A DNA stretch of 64,000 bases, taken from IMG/VR virus record IMGVR_UViG_3300042868_009074, positions 124,001-188,000 of that record; one strand, written 5' to 3'. The translations under genes and the position numbers were made by a program. The notes beneath the pieces are model-generated. The model was not told the origin of the DNA. It was given only the letters and a program-made list of their open reading frames with translations, and did not search any database. Shown piece by piece: positions 22,012 through 32,002 of this stretch (within the stretch, counting starts at the first letter, position 1; each line of letters starts with the position of its first letter).

Positions 22012-24099
22012 TTACGCTCCTGGACCTGTTGATACTGAGAACTTTATATTCTTTAAACTTAAACTAGAAACTAAAGATATATCAAATACTAATACACCTT
22101 TTTCGTATCTATCAGCGTAGGCATCAAAATCGTAGTCCCTAATAGCCTTAGCTTTTAATATAGATTCTAACATTGACTTTACATTTGTTATAATCTTGTC
22201 ATTAGAAAACTTACCGATTGATTGATAACCAATTGATTTTATCTCATTGATTACCATTGCAGCTAATCTTATTTGTGGTGTTTTACTAAAAATACTATTT
22301 TTGTTTGCTAAAGTATAATCATTTGAAATATATATCTCATAAGGATTTCCTCTATTAGCTTTTCTGCTTCTATAGACCGTGTTAATACCAAGATTGTCTA
22401 ATCTACTTAAAGATTCACCCGATAAATTTGCGCCATACAGTGAGTAAGCACTGTTTACTCTCTTTCTTATCATTCCGTTATATACAGGTGTATTAGAAAG
22501 TGTTCCTGCAAAAGATGCTGCTGCGGTCCCTGCATAAGAAATTGGAAAACCAGTATGATCAAAATTTATTTCGCCGTATATTGGTATTACAAATCTTCCT
22601 AGATCAGAAGAAATTTGCTTATTATTATCATATGTTGTAAATTTATTTTTAAATATTGGATTAGATTCTAATACAGCTATATCTGAATCTTTTACACCAT
22701 TTGATCTAGAACCTATAATGCCAATTTGAACAAATCCAGTTTCATTGTGAAAGTCATTACAATAATTTGCTAATTGAGAAATAAAATCTACATTTCCAAC
22801 ATTCATAATACTAGTTTCTAGAGGAACTATCATATCTATAAATTCGTAATTTTTTGCTATTTCATAACTTGCCGCTAATCTTTCATAATACTTTTGGTAA
22901 AAATTAAGACTTGTTGGTGTTGCTGCAGAAGATGATAAGTAAGCTTTTGAACCTATTCTATCCCCAGTGTAATCTACATATTCACTCATTGGTGCTGTTG
23001 CGCAAATGAATATATCTCTAGCCCCAGAATTATATGCCTCAAATATTCCTCTTAATAAAGGAGATTTTCTATCTCCGGATAAAAGGTTAATAGCTTCTTG
23101 AATTGAACTAATTCTAATTACATCATTAAGGGCTATTCCGTCTGCATGTCCGATAAGTAAAATTGAATTTGTACTGTAAGGTTGAAGACTGTCGTACATA
23201 GGTCTATAGCTTATTTTTGTAGGCTGATTTGGACCAGATAATACAGGAGATACTCCGTCTACATTAACGTAAGATATTTTTCCCGCTGGATATAATGAAG
23301 AAAATTGAACATTACTAATATTAAGACTAAATAATACTTGATCTTCTGCCGGAGAATTAGCTATGTAGTAATTGCCATCTATTGAATTTGAAACACCGTA
23401 AATATAGACATAATCTCCAGTAGAAAAGCCGTGTGGTCCAACAGTGTATATTTTAACTATTCCATTATTTACTTCATATCCAGAAATTGTTTTTCCGGAA
23501 ATAGATTTTTCTTCAGTAATTTGAAAATTAATTTCACTTATTTGATCAATATCTTCATGAACAGTTTTTATTACTACCGTGTATATTCCCGACATTAAAT
23601 TTGGTGGGACAGTATATATAAAATTATATTCAGAATCAGATATTCTTTCTATATAGGCGTCAGATACATGAACTGCTCTACCTGTTTGTTTTGATGGATC
23701 AAAGCTAGATAATGATAAAGTAGAGTTCTTAATAGATTTTAACTTTACTGTATACTCATTTATAATTTGCTCTACTTGATATTGCCCATCCATATTTCCG
23801 CCAATACCATAAATACTTAAAGTTGAATTAACACTAAGATTATGTTTTATTGAAAAAGTAAAATTAGGATGTATATAACTATTTGAGTCTTTTGTAATAC
23901 CTGAAATAGCAGTTACCTTGTAACTGGATGACATTACAGATATAGGAGGAAGTATTACGTTGCCATAATTGTTTTGCCCTCTTATGACAGATATATAAAT
24001 ATCTTCTGGGACAGTAGCAAGTAATGGATCATAAAAAGATGAACCATTACTAAACGAAAATTTAAATCTTACATTACCATTCTTGGCAACTAATAACAT
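22012..24099 (-). CDS. Second sheath-like protein with N-terminal beta-rich extensions
   Basis: The C-terminal ~400 aa show sheath pattern (LLRGIFEAYNSGARDIF; LDNLGINTV; QIRLAAMVINEIK; VFDISLVSSLSLKNIKFSV). The N-terminal part has two H-(G/N)-x-S-x(5,6)-IYG modules. Confidence 0.65.
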   Translation of the reverse strand: MLLVAKNGNVRFKFSFSNGSSFYDPLLATVPEDIYISVIRGQNNYGNVILPPISVMSSSYKVTAISGITKDSNSYIHPNFTFSIKHNLSVNSTLSIYGIGGNMDGQYQVEQIINEYTVKLKSIKNSTLSLSSFDPSKQTGRAVHVSDAYIERISDSEYNFIYTVPPNLMSGIYTVVIKTVHEDIDQISEINFQITEEKSISGKTISGYEVNNGIVKIYTVGPHGFSTGDYVYIYGVSNSIDGNYYIANSPAEDQVLFSLNISNVQFSSLYPAGKISYVNVDGVSPVLSGPNQPTKISYRPMYDSLQPYSTNSILLIGHADGIALNDVIRISSIQEAINLLSGDRKSPLLRGIFEAYNSGARDIFICATAPMSEYVDYTGDRIGSKAYLSSSAATPTSLNFYQKYYERLAASYEIAKNYEFIDMIVPLETSIMNVGNVDFISQLANYCNDFHNETGFVQIGIIGSRSNGVKDSDIAVLESNPIFKNKFTTYDNNKQISSDLGRFVIPIYGEINFDHTGFPISYAGTAAASFAGTLSNTPVYNGMIRKRVNSAYSLYGANLSGESLSRLDNLGINTVYRSRKANRGNPYEIYISNDYTLANKNSIFSKTPQIRLAAMVINEIKSIGYQSIGKFSNDKIITNVKSMLESILKAKAIRDYDFDAYADRYEKGVLVFDISLVSSLSLKNIKFSVSTGPGA

Positions 24100-24100
24100 T

Positions 24101-24469
24101 TTAGGATGGTCTTTCTCTGGTTGCCCCAGCTACCCAGTATACGGTTTTACCAAATTTACCTTTTATTGGAGAACATTGATCTATTAAAAATACTTGCAAT
24201 CCAGTTGGATATTCTTCATAAATCCTATCTCCGGACTTAGGATTCGATAAACTGTCAAAATAATAAATCATTTCAGAGTTTACAGTTAGACCTTCTATGT
24301 TTTCCATCAGTGAATTACTTTGACCAGTTAGCTGGGCATTGTAGGATCTGACTGTTACCTTTTCCATTCTTGTAGAATACAACATGTCGTCATTTAAACG
24401 TCTCTGTAAAAGTATATCATGTCCCCATTGTTTTAATGTATTTCTAAAAGTTGCAACTAGATCAATCAT
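24101..24469 (-). CDS. Putative head-closure/neck protein
   Basis: 122 aa, beta-rich, PKSGDRIYE motif; position between connector and tail genes. Confidence 0.5.
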   Translation of the reverse strand: MIDLVATFRNTLKQWGHDILLQRRLNDDMLYSTRMEKVTVRSYNAQLTGQSNSLMENIEGLTVNSEMIYYFDSLSNPKSGDRIYEEYPTGLQVFLIDQCSPIKGKFGKTVYWVAGATRERPS

Positions 24470-25385
24470 ACTTCTTTAATGTTCTATCTGGATTCATAAA
24501 ATTGTCTCCATTTGGATTTAAGCTTAAATTACCATTGGTACCCATTGTGTACAAACCTGTTTCCGATAGGTATACAGCTGTACCTGTTAAAGGGTCTACC
24601 GTGCTAGGGTTGGGTATATTAGCATTAGAGTTCCTAAGAACCACTCCTTTAGCTCCAACTTTGTGGGCTATCATTTCAGATCTTAAAGCTGTAGCAATTT
24701 GGCACCAGGTAACAGCGTTTGCTCTTGTTACTAAGCTTCTTGGAGAGTTTCTATTTCTAACCTCTAAGTCACCAAGTCTTACTGATACTTCGTCATCTCC
24801 TCCGCCATATCCATAAGTTCTACTTAGCTCGCATGCTGCAGCTGATTTGATATACTCTTGTGCCGTAAAGTTTAAAGCTAAACCGTTATTTACGATCTCG
24901 GTAGAAGAAGAATTATATATTTCAGTCACTTCCCTGGAGTAGTGATGGATTATTTCCCCTACTTGAAGAACAGATGCTTCTGGAAAAAACGGCAACAATA
25001 ATTCTGGATCTATATACAACGGCGTTAAATCAGCAGCAAAGTAAATAGTTTCTGTAGCTCTTAAAGTTACAGTTGGCTTATAATCAACGGTTGATGTACT
25101 TACGTATAGCTGTTGTTCTACTAATATTAAAGTTCCATCTGACAGAGTGCCTGTAAATTGAATTTTGTATTCACCAGCAGAACTCGGTTTGTAATCATAG
25201 TAAAAAGTTGAAGAAGTTAAGGCAGTCCCAATACCAGATATGATTTGTTGGTCACTTGAGTTGTAAATGCGAACAGCTACAGATACGGGATTTACGTCCA
25301 CTTGTTCATTTGTAGTTGAATTTATGTCTACAAAATGTACTTTAATTCTAACGGTATCATTAACGAGAACGTTTGCTGCAGACAT
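24462..25385 (-). CDS. Putative head-tail connector/adaptor with N-terminal Ig-like region
   Basis: AAACEL...VSVRLGDLEV pattern typical of adaptor proteins; gene position. Confidence 0.45.
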   Translation of the reverse strand: MSAANVLVNDTVRIKVHFVDINSTTNEQVDVNPVSVAVRIYNSSDQQIISGIGTALTSSTFYYDYKPSSAGEYKIQFTGTLSDGTLILVEQQLYVSTSTVDYKPTVTLRATETIYFAADLTPLYIDPELLLPFFPEASVLQVGEIIHHYSREVTEIYNSSSTEIVNNGLALNFTAQEYIKSAAACELSRTYGYGGGDDEVSVRLGDLEVRNRNSPRSLVTRANAVTWCQIATALRSEMIAHKVGAKGVVLRNSNANIPNPSTVDPLTGTAVYLSETGLYTMGTNGNLSLNPNGDNFMNPDRTLKKYD

Positions 25386-25419
25386 TACATTACCTCAAAG
25401 TTTAGTGGATTATGTTAAT

Positions 25420-25425
25420 ATAGTA
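25420..25425 (-). promoter_or_regulatory. Putative late promoter motif (AAAACAC)TACTAT
   Basis: 35 nt upstream of the 25385 start; extended context matches the portal copy. Confidence 0.55.
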
Positions 25426-25451
25426 GTGTTTTAAAAGCTTAATTCTAAGAG

Positions 25452-25751
25452 TTAAATTAGCTCTACTACAATCTCGCCAGAAGTCCTAATCGAACCTAGA
25501 GAGTTTAAGAGTTGCCCTGATTGGCTGCTTCCAACTTCTAGAGTTATTATTCCAGTTGGAGCATAGTCTATTGATATAACACCTATAGTTGACGCAGTAG
25601 AGTAATCCTGCCTTGTGCTTGTGATTACATTTATGCCATTAAGGATGATAGGATTTGGCAAACCTTGTACATTTATAATTAAAGTACCAGCGTATGATAT
25701 TGATGGTTCATTGTATGTCATATCTGCTTGATTATAGGTAGCCATGTACAA
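25452..25751 (-). CDS. Hypothetical small virion protein
   Basis: 99-aa ORF preceded by a TACTAT motif at 25778-25783. Confidence 0.55.
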   Translation of the reverse strand: MYMATYNQADMTYNEPSISYAGTLIINVQGLPNPIILNGINVITSTRQDYSTASTIGVISIDYAPTGIITLEVGSSQSGQLLNSLGSIRTSGEIVVELI

Positions 25752-25802
25752 AGTCCATTCTTTATAGTTATACTTTAATAGTAATGCACTTATTCCTTAT
25801 TA

Positions 25803-26609
25803 TTAAAGGGAATAATTTTTTGTATTTAATCTATTCCTGTAATCAGAGTTTAAGTTTGGCATCCAGTATTTATATTCACTCTCTTGCCCGACTAACTCTT
25901 CTCGGTCAAAAGATGTACCATAACAAGCTATGCTCAAGTAGGCGTATCTCTGACCTGCTGAGACCGGAAGGACTTCATGTCTACCAATATAACTAGAAGG
26001 ATATATTGCCACTGAGCCCGCTTTTGGTTTCCATACCGTTGGTATATTTGGAAAATGTAATTCTCCGCCAGTATAATTATAGTCGTTTAATTGATCTTCT
26101 GTTTCTACGCAGTCATTTAAGTACAAGTTAATACTAGAGCTATTATGCATTGATACCTGACTACCGGTTGGTTTACCCCATTCGTAAGGGACTTGATCGT
26201 CGCAGTGTTGACCTATTCCTTGCCCGTTTTTATATCCGGCTATGTGACCGTTAGGTCTCCACCAAGAAGTTCCTGCTGCGTCCGGAAAATAACAACAGTA
26301 TTCTACAAGAGCATCATAGATTGCATCTTCTAGTGAATCTATAAAATCTATGTACTTCTGGGGAGCTTCAATGCCTAACTGATTGCCTTTTGTGTCTAAG
26401 AATCTTTCAGGTGCTTTTGCTATATCTGATAAATTAAATTTAAAACCAGTTTTATTAGTGGCGTACTTAATCCCATCTTCTTCATGGTAGGTAAAAGTAC
26501 TTTCTTCATTTTTACGCATCCAACTCATATACTCAAAAAGAAGATCTTGATCTATATTGATTACATTATCAATTATGACCACGCCCATTCCGATGTGTTT
26601 TGATTCCAC
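25803..26609 (-). CDS. 2OG-Fe(II) oxygenase (prolyl-4-hydroxylase-like)
   Basis: HCD...GGELHF...HEV...RY facial triad and 2OG-binding Arg. Confidence 0.85.
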   Translation of the reverse strand: MESKHIGMGVVIIDNVINIDQDLLFEYMSWMRKNEESTFTYHEEDGIKYATNKTGFKFNLSDIAKAPERFLDTKGNQLGIEAPQKYIDFIDSLEDAIYDALVEYCCYFPDAAGTSWWRPNGHIAGYKNGQGIGQHCDDQVPYEWGKPTGSQVSMHNSSSINLYLNDCVETEDQLNDYNYTGGELHFPNIPTVWKPKAGSVAIYPSSYIGRHEVLPVSAGQRYAYLSIACYGTSFDREELVGQESEYKYWMPNLNSDYRNRLNTKNYSL

Positions 26610-26617
26610 GATGTTCC

Positions 26618-27508
26618 TTAGTAGTTGGATTTAGTTATGTAGAATTGAGGAGAATCTTCTTTGTATCCAGATTCTAATAAGTGATTTTTTAGATCTTCTC
26701 TCAGCGTCGGCATATACACATTGGTAGATTTTTTTGATAACTCGGGATCTTTTAATGGGTCTGACACGTATTCATGCACTTCTTGATTAGGAGTCCCTTG
26801 GCTATACCATCCAAGATAACTGTATCTAAATCCCTCTATTACAGGTTTAACTTCATGAGCAGCCATGTAATTGGATGGAAAGAGTAGTACGTCTCCTTTT
26901 TTGGGAGAATAATCTATATCTAAATAATTAAAATAATGATGACCACCCATGTAATTGTTTCCATCTAATTCTTCTTCATTGTCAACGGAATCATTAAAGT
27001 ATACTAAAATACTAATTACATTTCTTAAAGCTAACTGATCTTTTGGTTCCAATACATCGTAAATATAATCAGCACTAGTATCTGAATGAGAACCAAGGTA
27101 AACATTTTTTGGGTATTGAAGAATATGACCTTTGACTTTCCACCATACACATTTGTATGCTAATGGAAATAACTCAAAGTATTGTAGCAAACATTTATCT
27201 TTTGAAGATTCTATAAAAGATAAGAGGTTACGAAGATCATCACTATCACTATAATGGATAGCGCTAGCTCTTTTGGGCATTTGATCTATACTGCTTTTGT
27301 TGAAAAAATAACCACTCTTATTTACATATATTTCTTCGTTAGTTTCAGGGTTAAGTCCAGGAGTGTACATCTCATTCCACTCTTCTTGGATTAGCTCATC
27401 AGATTTCTTGAGTAGATTAACCCAATCTAAGCTTAAGCAATTCTCAAATACTACTACTCCACCACCTAAGTGTTTTGGTTTTACTTTATTAAATATCATT
27501 TTTTTCAA
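26618..27508 (-). CDS. 2OG-Fe(II) oxygenase (prolyl-4-hydroxylase-like)
   Basis: HSD...YMGG...AHEV...RY. Confidence 0.85.
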   Translation of the reverse strand: MKKMIFNKVKPKHLGGGVVVFENCLSLDWVNLLKKSDELIQEEWNEMYTPGLNPETNEEIYVNKSGYFFNKSSIDQMPKRASAIHYSDSDDLRNLLSFIESSKDKCLLQYFELFPLAYKCVWWKVKGHILQYPKNVYLGSHSDTSADYIYDVLEPKDQLALRNVISILVYFNDSVDNEEELDGNNYMGGHHYFNYLDIDYSPKKGDVLLFPSNYMAAHEVKPVIEGFRYSYLGWYSQGTPNQEVHEYVSDPLKDPELSKKSTNVYMPTLREDLKNHLLESGYKEDSPQFYITKSNY

Positions 27509-28424
27509 TTTCTTTATTTGTATTATTGCTTGTTAGGGTTCTTTTTGCTGCTTCGGTTAATAAGTATATTTTTTGCTCATCGTCTTTTGCATACTTTTTT
27601 TCAATTTGATCTAAATAATCATTAACTATTCTAGGCATCCATACTTGACCACTGTCCATTACATCTGATGGATCTCTAATGTTAACACCTTTTTCTATAT
27701 GATTAGAACCCTGTGAAAAGTAACCAACGTATGCATATCTTTCACCCTCTTGACATTCCATGACTTGATGAGTTGCTAAGTAGTTAGAAGGAAACATTAA
27801 TACATCTCCAGATTTTGGAGAATAAGTAAAGTCTGCGTAAGGAAAAACTATTTCTCCGCCTACATAATCATTTTCACTTCTTACTTGATCCAAAGAAGAT
27901 ACAGAGTTATTGAAGTAAATTAATCCACCTAAAACATTTCTTATTGCAAGTTGTTGATCTGGTTCTGCTCCTGGCTGATAGTTGATGTCGTTGTCGCAGT
28001 GTTTTCCAAATCTTCCACCTTTTCCATATCCAACTATATGGCCCTGGGTTCTCCACCATAAACAGGGTAGCATCATAGGATAAAACTCTACATACCTTAG
28101 CATGCAGTAATACAGCACATCTTCGCAAGCTTGAAAAAAGTTATGATACTTTTGATCCAAGCTACCATCAAGAAAATTCATTATATGATTACAGGCTATT
28201 TCTACATCTTCCAATGAATACCTATGGCCACTTCTGTTTACTGCATAAATTGGATCACCAAATTCATCTTTAATAAAAGTAAAATCGTCCTTTAAAGCCT
28301 TAAGTCTTAGTGATCTTGCAAAATCTAGTATGTACTCATGGCTTTCCATCGGAATTACGTTCTTAAAAAGAACAATTCCCATTTTGTGCACTTCTATGTT
28401 TTCTTCTTTAATTTCGAACATCAT
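27489..28424 (-). CDS. 2OG-Fe(II) oxygenase (prolyl-4-hydroxylase-like)
   Basis: HCD...YVGGEI...THQV...RY. Confidence 0.85.
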   Translation of the reverse strand: MMFEIKEENIEVHKMGIVLFKNVIPMESHEYILDFARSLRLKALKDDFTFIKDEFGDPIYAVNRSGHRYSLEDVEIACNHIMNFLDGSLDQKYHNFFQACEDVLYYCMLRYVEFYPMMLPCLWWRTQGHIVGYGKGGRFGKHCDNDINYQPGAEPDQQLAIRNVLGGLIYFNNSVSSLDQVRSENDYVGGEIVFPYADFTYSPKSGDVLMFPSNYLATHQVMECQEGERYAYVGYFSQGSNHIEKGVNIRDPSDVMDSGQVWMPRIVNDYLDQIEKKYAKDDEQKIYLLTEAAKRTLTSNNTNKEIEKNDI

Positions 28425-28510
28425 GGCCCTAGGCTGCCTCTGCTAACTAGACTGTGTGAAATGATTGTTTTTCATCATTGAGTCAATCATTATATGATAC
28501 AGTATAGCGT

Positions 28511-29143
28511 ATGGTTATGCAAATTAAAACAAATCCTGTAAGAATCGCAGAAGAAATATATCAGATCAAGAACTATTTTACGGAAGATGCTTTTGATTTA
28601 TTGTATTCAGATATATCATTAAAAATACTTTCATGCAATAAAGATGAAAATATAACATATCAAGACATTGATTATGAATACTATCCGGAATATAAAAATG
28701 ATAATCCTCCTAAAACTAAAGTTAAAGTACCTTCATCGAGCGTTCACTTTATAGAGCCTTACAAAACCGAATTTTTAAATAAGACGAGAGAAAATTTGTC
28801 TTCAATATATCAAACTACAATATATGAAGAAAAAGATGCTAGTGTAGTTGTATTTTTTCCAGGAGAAGGGATACGAACACACTGGGATGGAAGTGTAGAT
28901 GTGCCTACTTATGGTGGTCATCCACATAGAGATTATAGTAGTGTATTTTATTTTAATGAAGATTTTGAAGGTGGACTTTTACATTTTACAGAGATCAATA
29001 TAAAAATAAAACCTGAGCCAAATATGCTATTACTATTTCCAACCACAATACGCTATTCACATCGTGTTGAAGAAGTTACTTCTGGAATTAGAATGATGAG
29101 TCCATCCTTTTGGTGCTCAGACAAAAAGGACAGAAATATTTAG
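28511..29143 (+). CDS. 2OG-Fe(II) oxygenase (prolyl-4-hydroxylase-like)
   Basis: HWD...YFNEDFEGGLLHF...SHRV...R; one of only two plus-strand genes. Confidence 0.85.
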   Translation: MVMQIKTNPVRIAEEIYQIKNYFTEDAFDLLYSDISLKILSCNKDENITYQDIDYEYYPEYKNDNPPKTKVKVPSSSVHFIEPYKTEFLNKTRENLSSIYQTTIYEEKDASVVVFFPGEGIRTHWDGSVDVPTYGGHPHRDYSSVFYFNEDFEGGLLHFTEINIKIKPEPNMLLLFPTTIRYSHRVEEVTSGIRMMSPSFWCSDKKDRNI

Positions 29144-29937
29144 GGCATTAACTGCTCATTATAGTCCTGCAGACTCAATACATCGTTTCTTATATTTGGA
29201 AGCCATTCAAGATTATCTCCATTGCCAGATGTTCCATCTGCACTTTTTGGTATTCCATAAGCAAAAAATTCTAAAAACACATATCGTGAACCATTTATTA
29301 CAGGAGTGACTTCATGTGTGCCAATATAGTTAGATGGATAGACAACAGCGCTACCTGCCTTAGGCATATAATCTAAGCCTGTATATTTAAATTTTATATG
29401 CCCACCAGTAAAATTCTCACCATTAAGCTGATCTTCATTCTCCACACAGTCGTTAAGGTATAAAGCGCTGCTGAGTGTATTGTGGATTGGGAATTCATTC
29501 TTTGGCATTTCGTCAAACTCAAACTGGATTGTATCATCACAATGAGGACCTATGCCCCTACCATTATTGTAACCTGCTATGTGGCCACTGGTTTTCCACC
29601 ATATAGAGGGAGTAACTTCCGGGTAAAGCAAGCAATACTGCACTACGCATTTATACAGGCCGTCTGTACATGCTTGCATAAATTGTTTTCGCTCTTCAGT
29701 AAGCGTTCTGCCATAGGTGGCAAATCTTTCTGGAGCTTTAAGTACATCGCTTAATTCAAATTTAAAGTTTGTTTTATTTACTGCAGAAGTTATACCATCT
29801 TTTTCTACGTAAGTAAAAATAGTTTCTTCTTTTTCTTGTAGCCATGAAACGTATTCTTTTAAAAATGCTTGATCTACGTTAATAACGTTATCAAATGAAA
29901 CTACTCCACCACCATGATTATGATACTTTATTGACAT
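29140..29937 (-). CDS. 2OG-Fe(II) oxygenase (prolyl-4-hydroxylase-like)
   Basis: HCD...FTGG...THEV...RY; close paralogue of 25803-26609. Confidence 0.85.
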   Translation of the reverse strand: MSIKYHNHGGGVVSFDNVINVDQAFLKEYVSWLQEKEETIFTYVEKDGITSAVNKTNFKFELSDVLKAPERFATYGRTLTEERKQFMQACTDGLYKCVVQYCLLYPEVTPSIWWKTSGHIAGYNNGRGIGPHCDDTIQFEFDEMPKNEFPIHNTLSSALYLNDCVENEDQLNGENFTGGHIKFKYTGLDYMPKAGSAVVYPSNYIGTHEVTPVINGSRYVFLEFFAYGIPKSADGTSGNGDNLEWLPNIRNDVLSLQDYNEQLMP

Positions 29938-31045
29938 ACTGTATATTCACTTCTGGTTGACCATCGCATGCTTTGCCTATCATTTGTTCATTACTACTTG
30001 CGTCTTGTTTATCATTTGATTTTTCTATAGATTCTACATTTGATGTTTCTGCATATTGCACAACGCTTCTAACTTGATAAATAGGATTCCATCCCATTTG
30101 AACACCGCTTTTTTCTATATTTAAATTGCTATACATTGAAAAGGGAGATCTGCAATATAGTTCATAATCATCATAAATATTGTCCATCCAAACAGGAGGG
30201 CACCATTCAAAACTTTCATCTGCTTCTGATATAAGAATGTTTGTTGCAGGTTCGCTTGAACCCTGTCCAAAGAATGTAAGATAAGTATATCTTACTCCAT
30301 CTCCCATTTTCCCTACTTCATGCGCAGCCAAATAGTTTGTTGGGAAAAATATTATATCTCCTTTTTTTGGAACATAAGATACTCCAAGATGAACAAAATT
30401 TAAATGTCCACCCATAAAATTTTTTCCATTCAGTTCTTCTTCTGATTCAACGCAATCATTAAAGTATACTAATGCACCACATGTTTGCCTAGATGCCATC
30501 ATGCCTCTCGGCATGTATCTGATACCCTTACTGACTTTATAGTTAGTATCATTGTCAGCGTGACAACCTAGCACTCCTCCATCGCCGTATCTAAGAATGT
30601 GACCTCTTGTTTTCCACCAGATACTACCCAACATTAGTGGATAGTGATCTATGTATTTTAAAAGAGATTTATATATTTGATCTTCTAAGTAAATGAAAAA
30701 ATCTTTTATCTGTTCAGTACTGTTTGGATTGACTGGAGCAAGAATCCTTATCGGAGTACAGGGGACATCTTTTTCTTCATATTTAAATCCGTCTTCATTA
30801 ATTCCATATCTCTCACCATCATCTCCGGTTACCCATGTCCATCTATTCCTATGTGCTGCTTCAGACTCTGAATCTATATAATCTAAAACTAAATTTTCAT
30901 CCATTTGAAAAGCATTCTTGAGAACAACTATTCCAGGAGCTAAAACTACAGCTTCAAGGCTTCCTATTTCTTTAAGCTCATCTTCTCCTATTGCAGGAGA
31001 AACTGGATAAGCTGTCTTACTACGTCTTTGATCGCCTTCGTTCAT
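29918..31045 (-). CDS. 2OG-Fe(II) oxygenase (prolyl-4-hydroxylase-like)
   Basis: HAD...FMGG...AHEV...RY. Confidence 0.85.
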   Translation of the reverse strand: MNEGDQRRSKTAYPVSPAIGEDELKEIGSLEAVVLAPGIVVLKNAFQMDENLVLDYIDSESEAAHRNRWTWVTGDDGERYGINEDGFKYEEKDVPCTPIRILAPVNPNSTEQIKDFFIYLEDQIYKSLLKYIDHYPLMLGSIWWKTRGHILRYGDGGVLGCHADNDTNYKVSKGIRYMPRGMMASRQTCGALVYFNDCVESEEELNGKNFMGGHLNFVHLGVSYVPKKGDIIFFPTNYLAAHEVGKMGDGVRYTYLTFFGQGSSEPATNILISEADESFEWCPPVWMDNIYDDYELYCRSPFSMYSNLNIEKSGVQMGWNPIYQVRSVVQYAETSNVESIEKSNDKQDASSNEQMIGKACDGQPEVNIQYVNKVS

Positions 31046-31656
31046 CCCAATACCTCATCTATCGCTTCTCTAATCGTCCATCCGGCACCTTGTATTCTTG
31101 GTATTTCGTCTAGTGGCATGTCTTGCCAATTAAATCTTGCAACCATAACTCCATCTTTACTGACCATAAACTTTTCATATCCATGAGGGATTCTAGCTAT
31201 AGCTTGTCCAGCTACATTCTGACCCTTCTGAGCTGCGTCTGATTGGTTTGCAGCGGTGTCAGAGTAGCTTCTCTTTTCGTTGCCCTTTAACGCAGAAAAA
31301 AGAGGATGTTCATTTTTTCCATTTACATCTATTTTTTCAAAAAATGGAAACGTGACAAAAGGGTAGTGCTCTTTTATAAACGCACTTATTTCTTCATTAG
31401 TTCCAGGTTCTGTAGAAGCAAATTGATTACAGGGAAATGCTAAAACAGAGAATCCTCTATCTTTAAATTCATCATGCACTTTTTGAAGCTGCCAAAGCTG
31501 TCTACAAGTTCTGGCATAGGACCAAACTCTTGAACATTGTGGTTCATAGCCTGCTTTGCTGGAAACGTTAACCATCAATGTTAGCTTTCCCTTGTACTTA
31601 GATAGACCGTCTTCTTCACCATCTATAGTTCTAATTGGTATGTTATATATTGACAT
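31042..31656 (-). CDS. Glutathione peroxidase-like protein with atypical active site
   Basis: VNVSSKAG, VLAFPCNQF, FEKIDVNG..EHPLF and EKFMV...VARF GPx motifs. Confidence 0.85.
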   Translation of the reverse strand: MSIYNIPIRTIDGEEDGLSKYKGKLTLMVNVSSKAGYEPQCSRVWSYARTCRQLWQLQKVHDEFKDRGFSVLAFPCNQFASTEPGTNEEISAFIKEHYPFVTFPFFEKIDVNGKNEHPLFSALKGNEKRSYSDTAANQSDAAQKGQNVAGQAIARIPHGYEKFMVSKDGVMVARFNWQDMPLDEIPRIQGAGWTIREAIDEVLG

Positions 31657-31945
31657 TATATGAATCTGCCTTAAAAATCATTTTTGGATATTCGTCTATT
31701 TGCACAGTTCCCATGATGCTATTATATAGAAAGTTACCTTCTATTTTAATAGAAGCTTTTTGTGGTGTGTCAACATTAAATTTTATTTCCAATTTTCCAT
31801 TTTGTAATTTGCCATTATCAAAAATAGCGGAACCCATCTCTGTGGAAATACTACCTGAAACATGTGGAGTTATGGCGTCTAATTTAAGATTATAGTTTTC
31901 ATCACCAAACGGCGTATCTATCACCATTTTCCATTCACCAATCAT
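31643..31945 (-). CDS. Hypothetical small beta-rich protein
   Basis: 100-aa ORF starting IGEWKMVIDTPFG; overlaps the GPx start. Confidence 0.6.
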   Translation of the reverse strand: MIGEWKMVIDTPFGDENYNLKLDAITPHVSGSISTEMGSAIFDNGKLQNGKLEIKFNVDTPQKASIKIEGNFLYNSIMGTVQIDEYPKMIFKADSYNVNI

Positions 31946-32002
31946 ATGATCCTCACATTAATTTTACTAAGGTTTATATTATACTACAAAACCAAAACAT
32001 TT

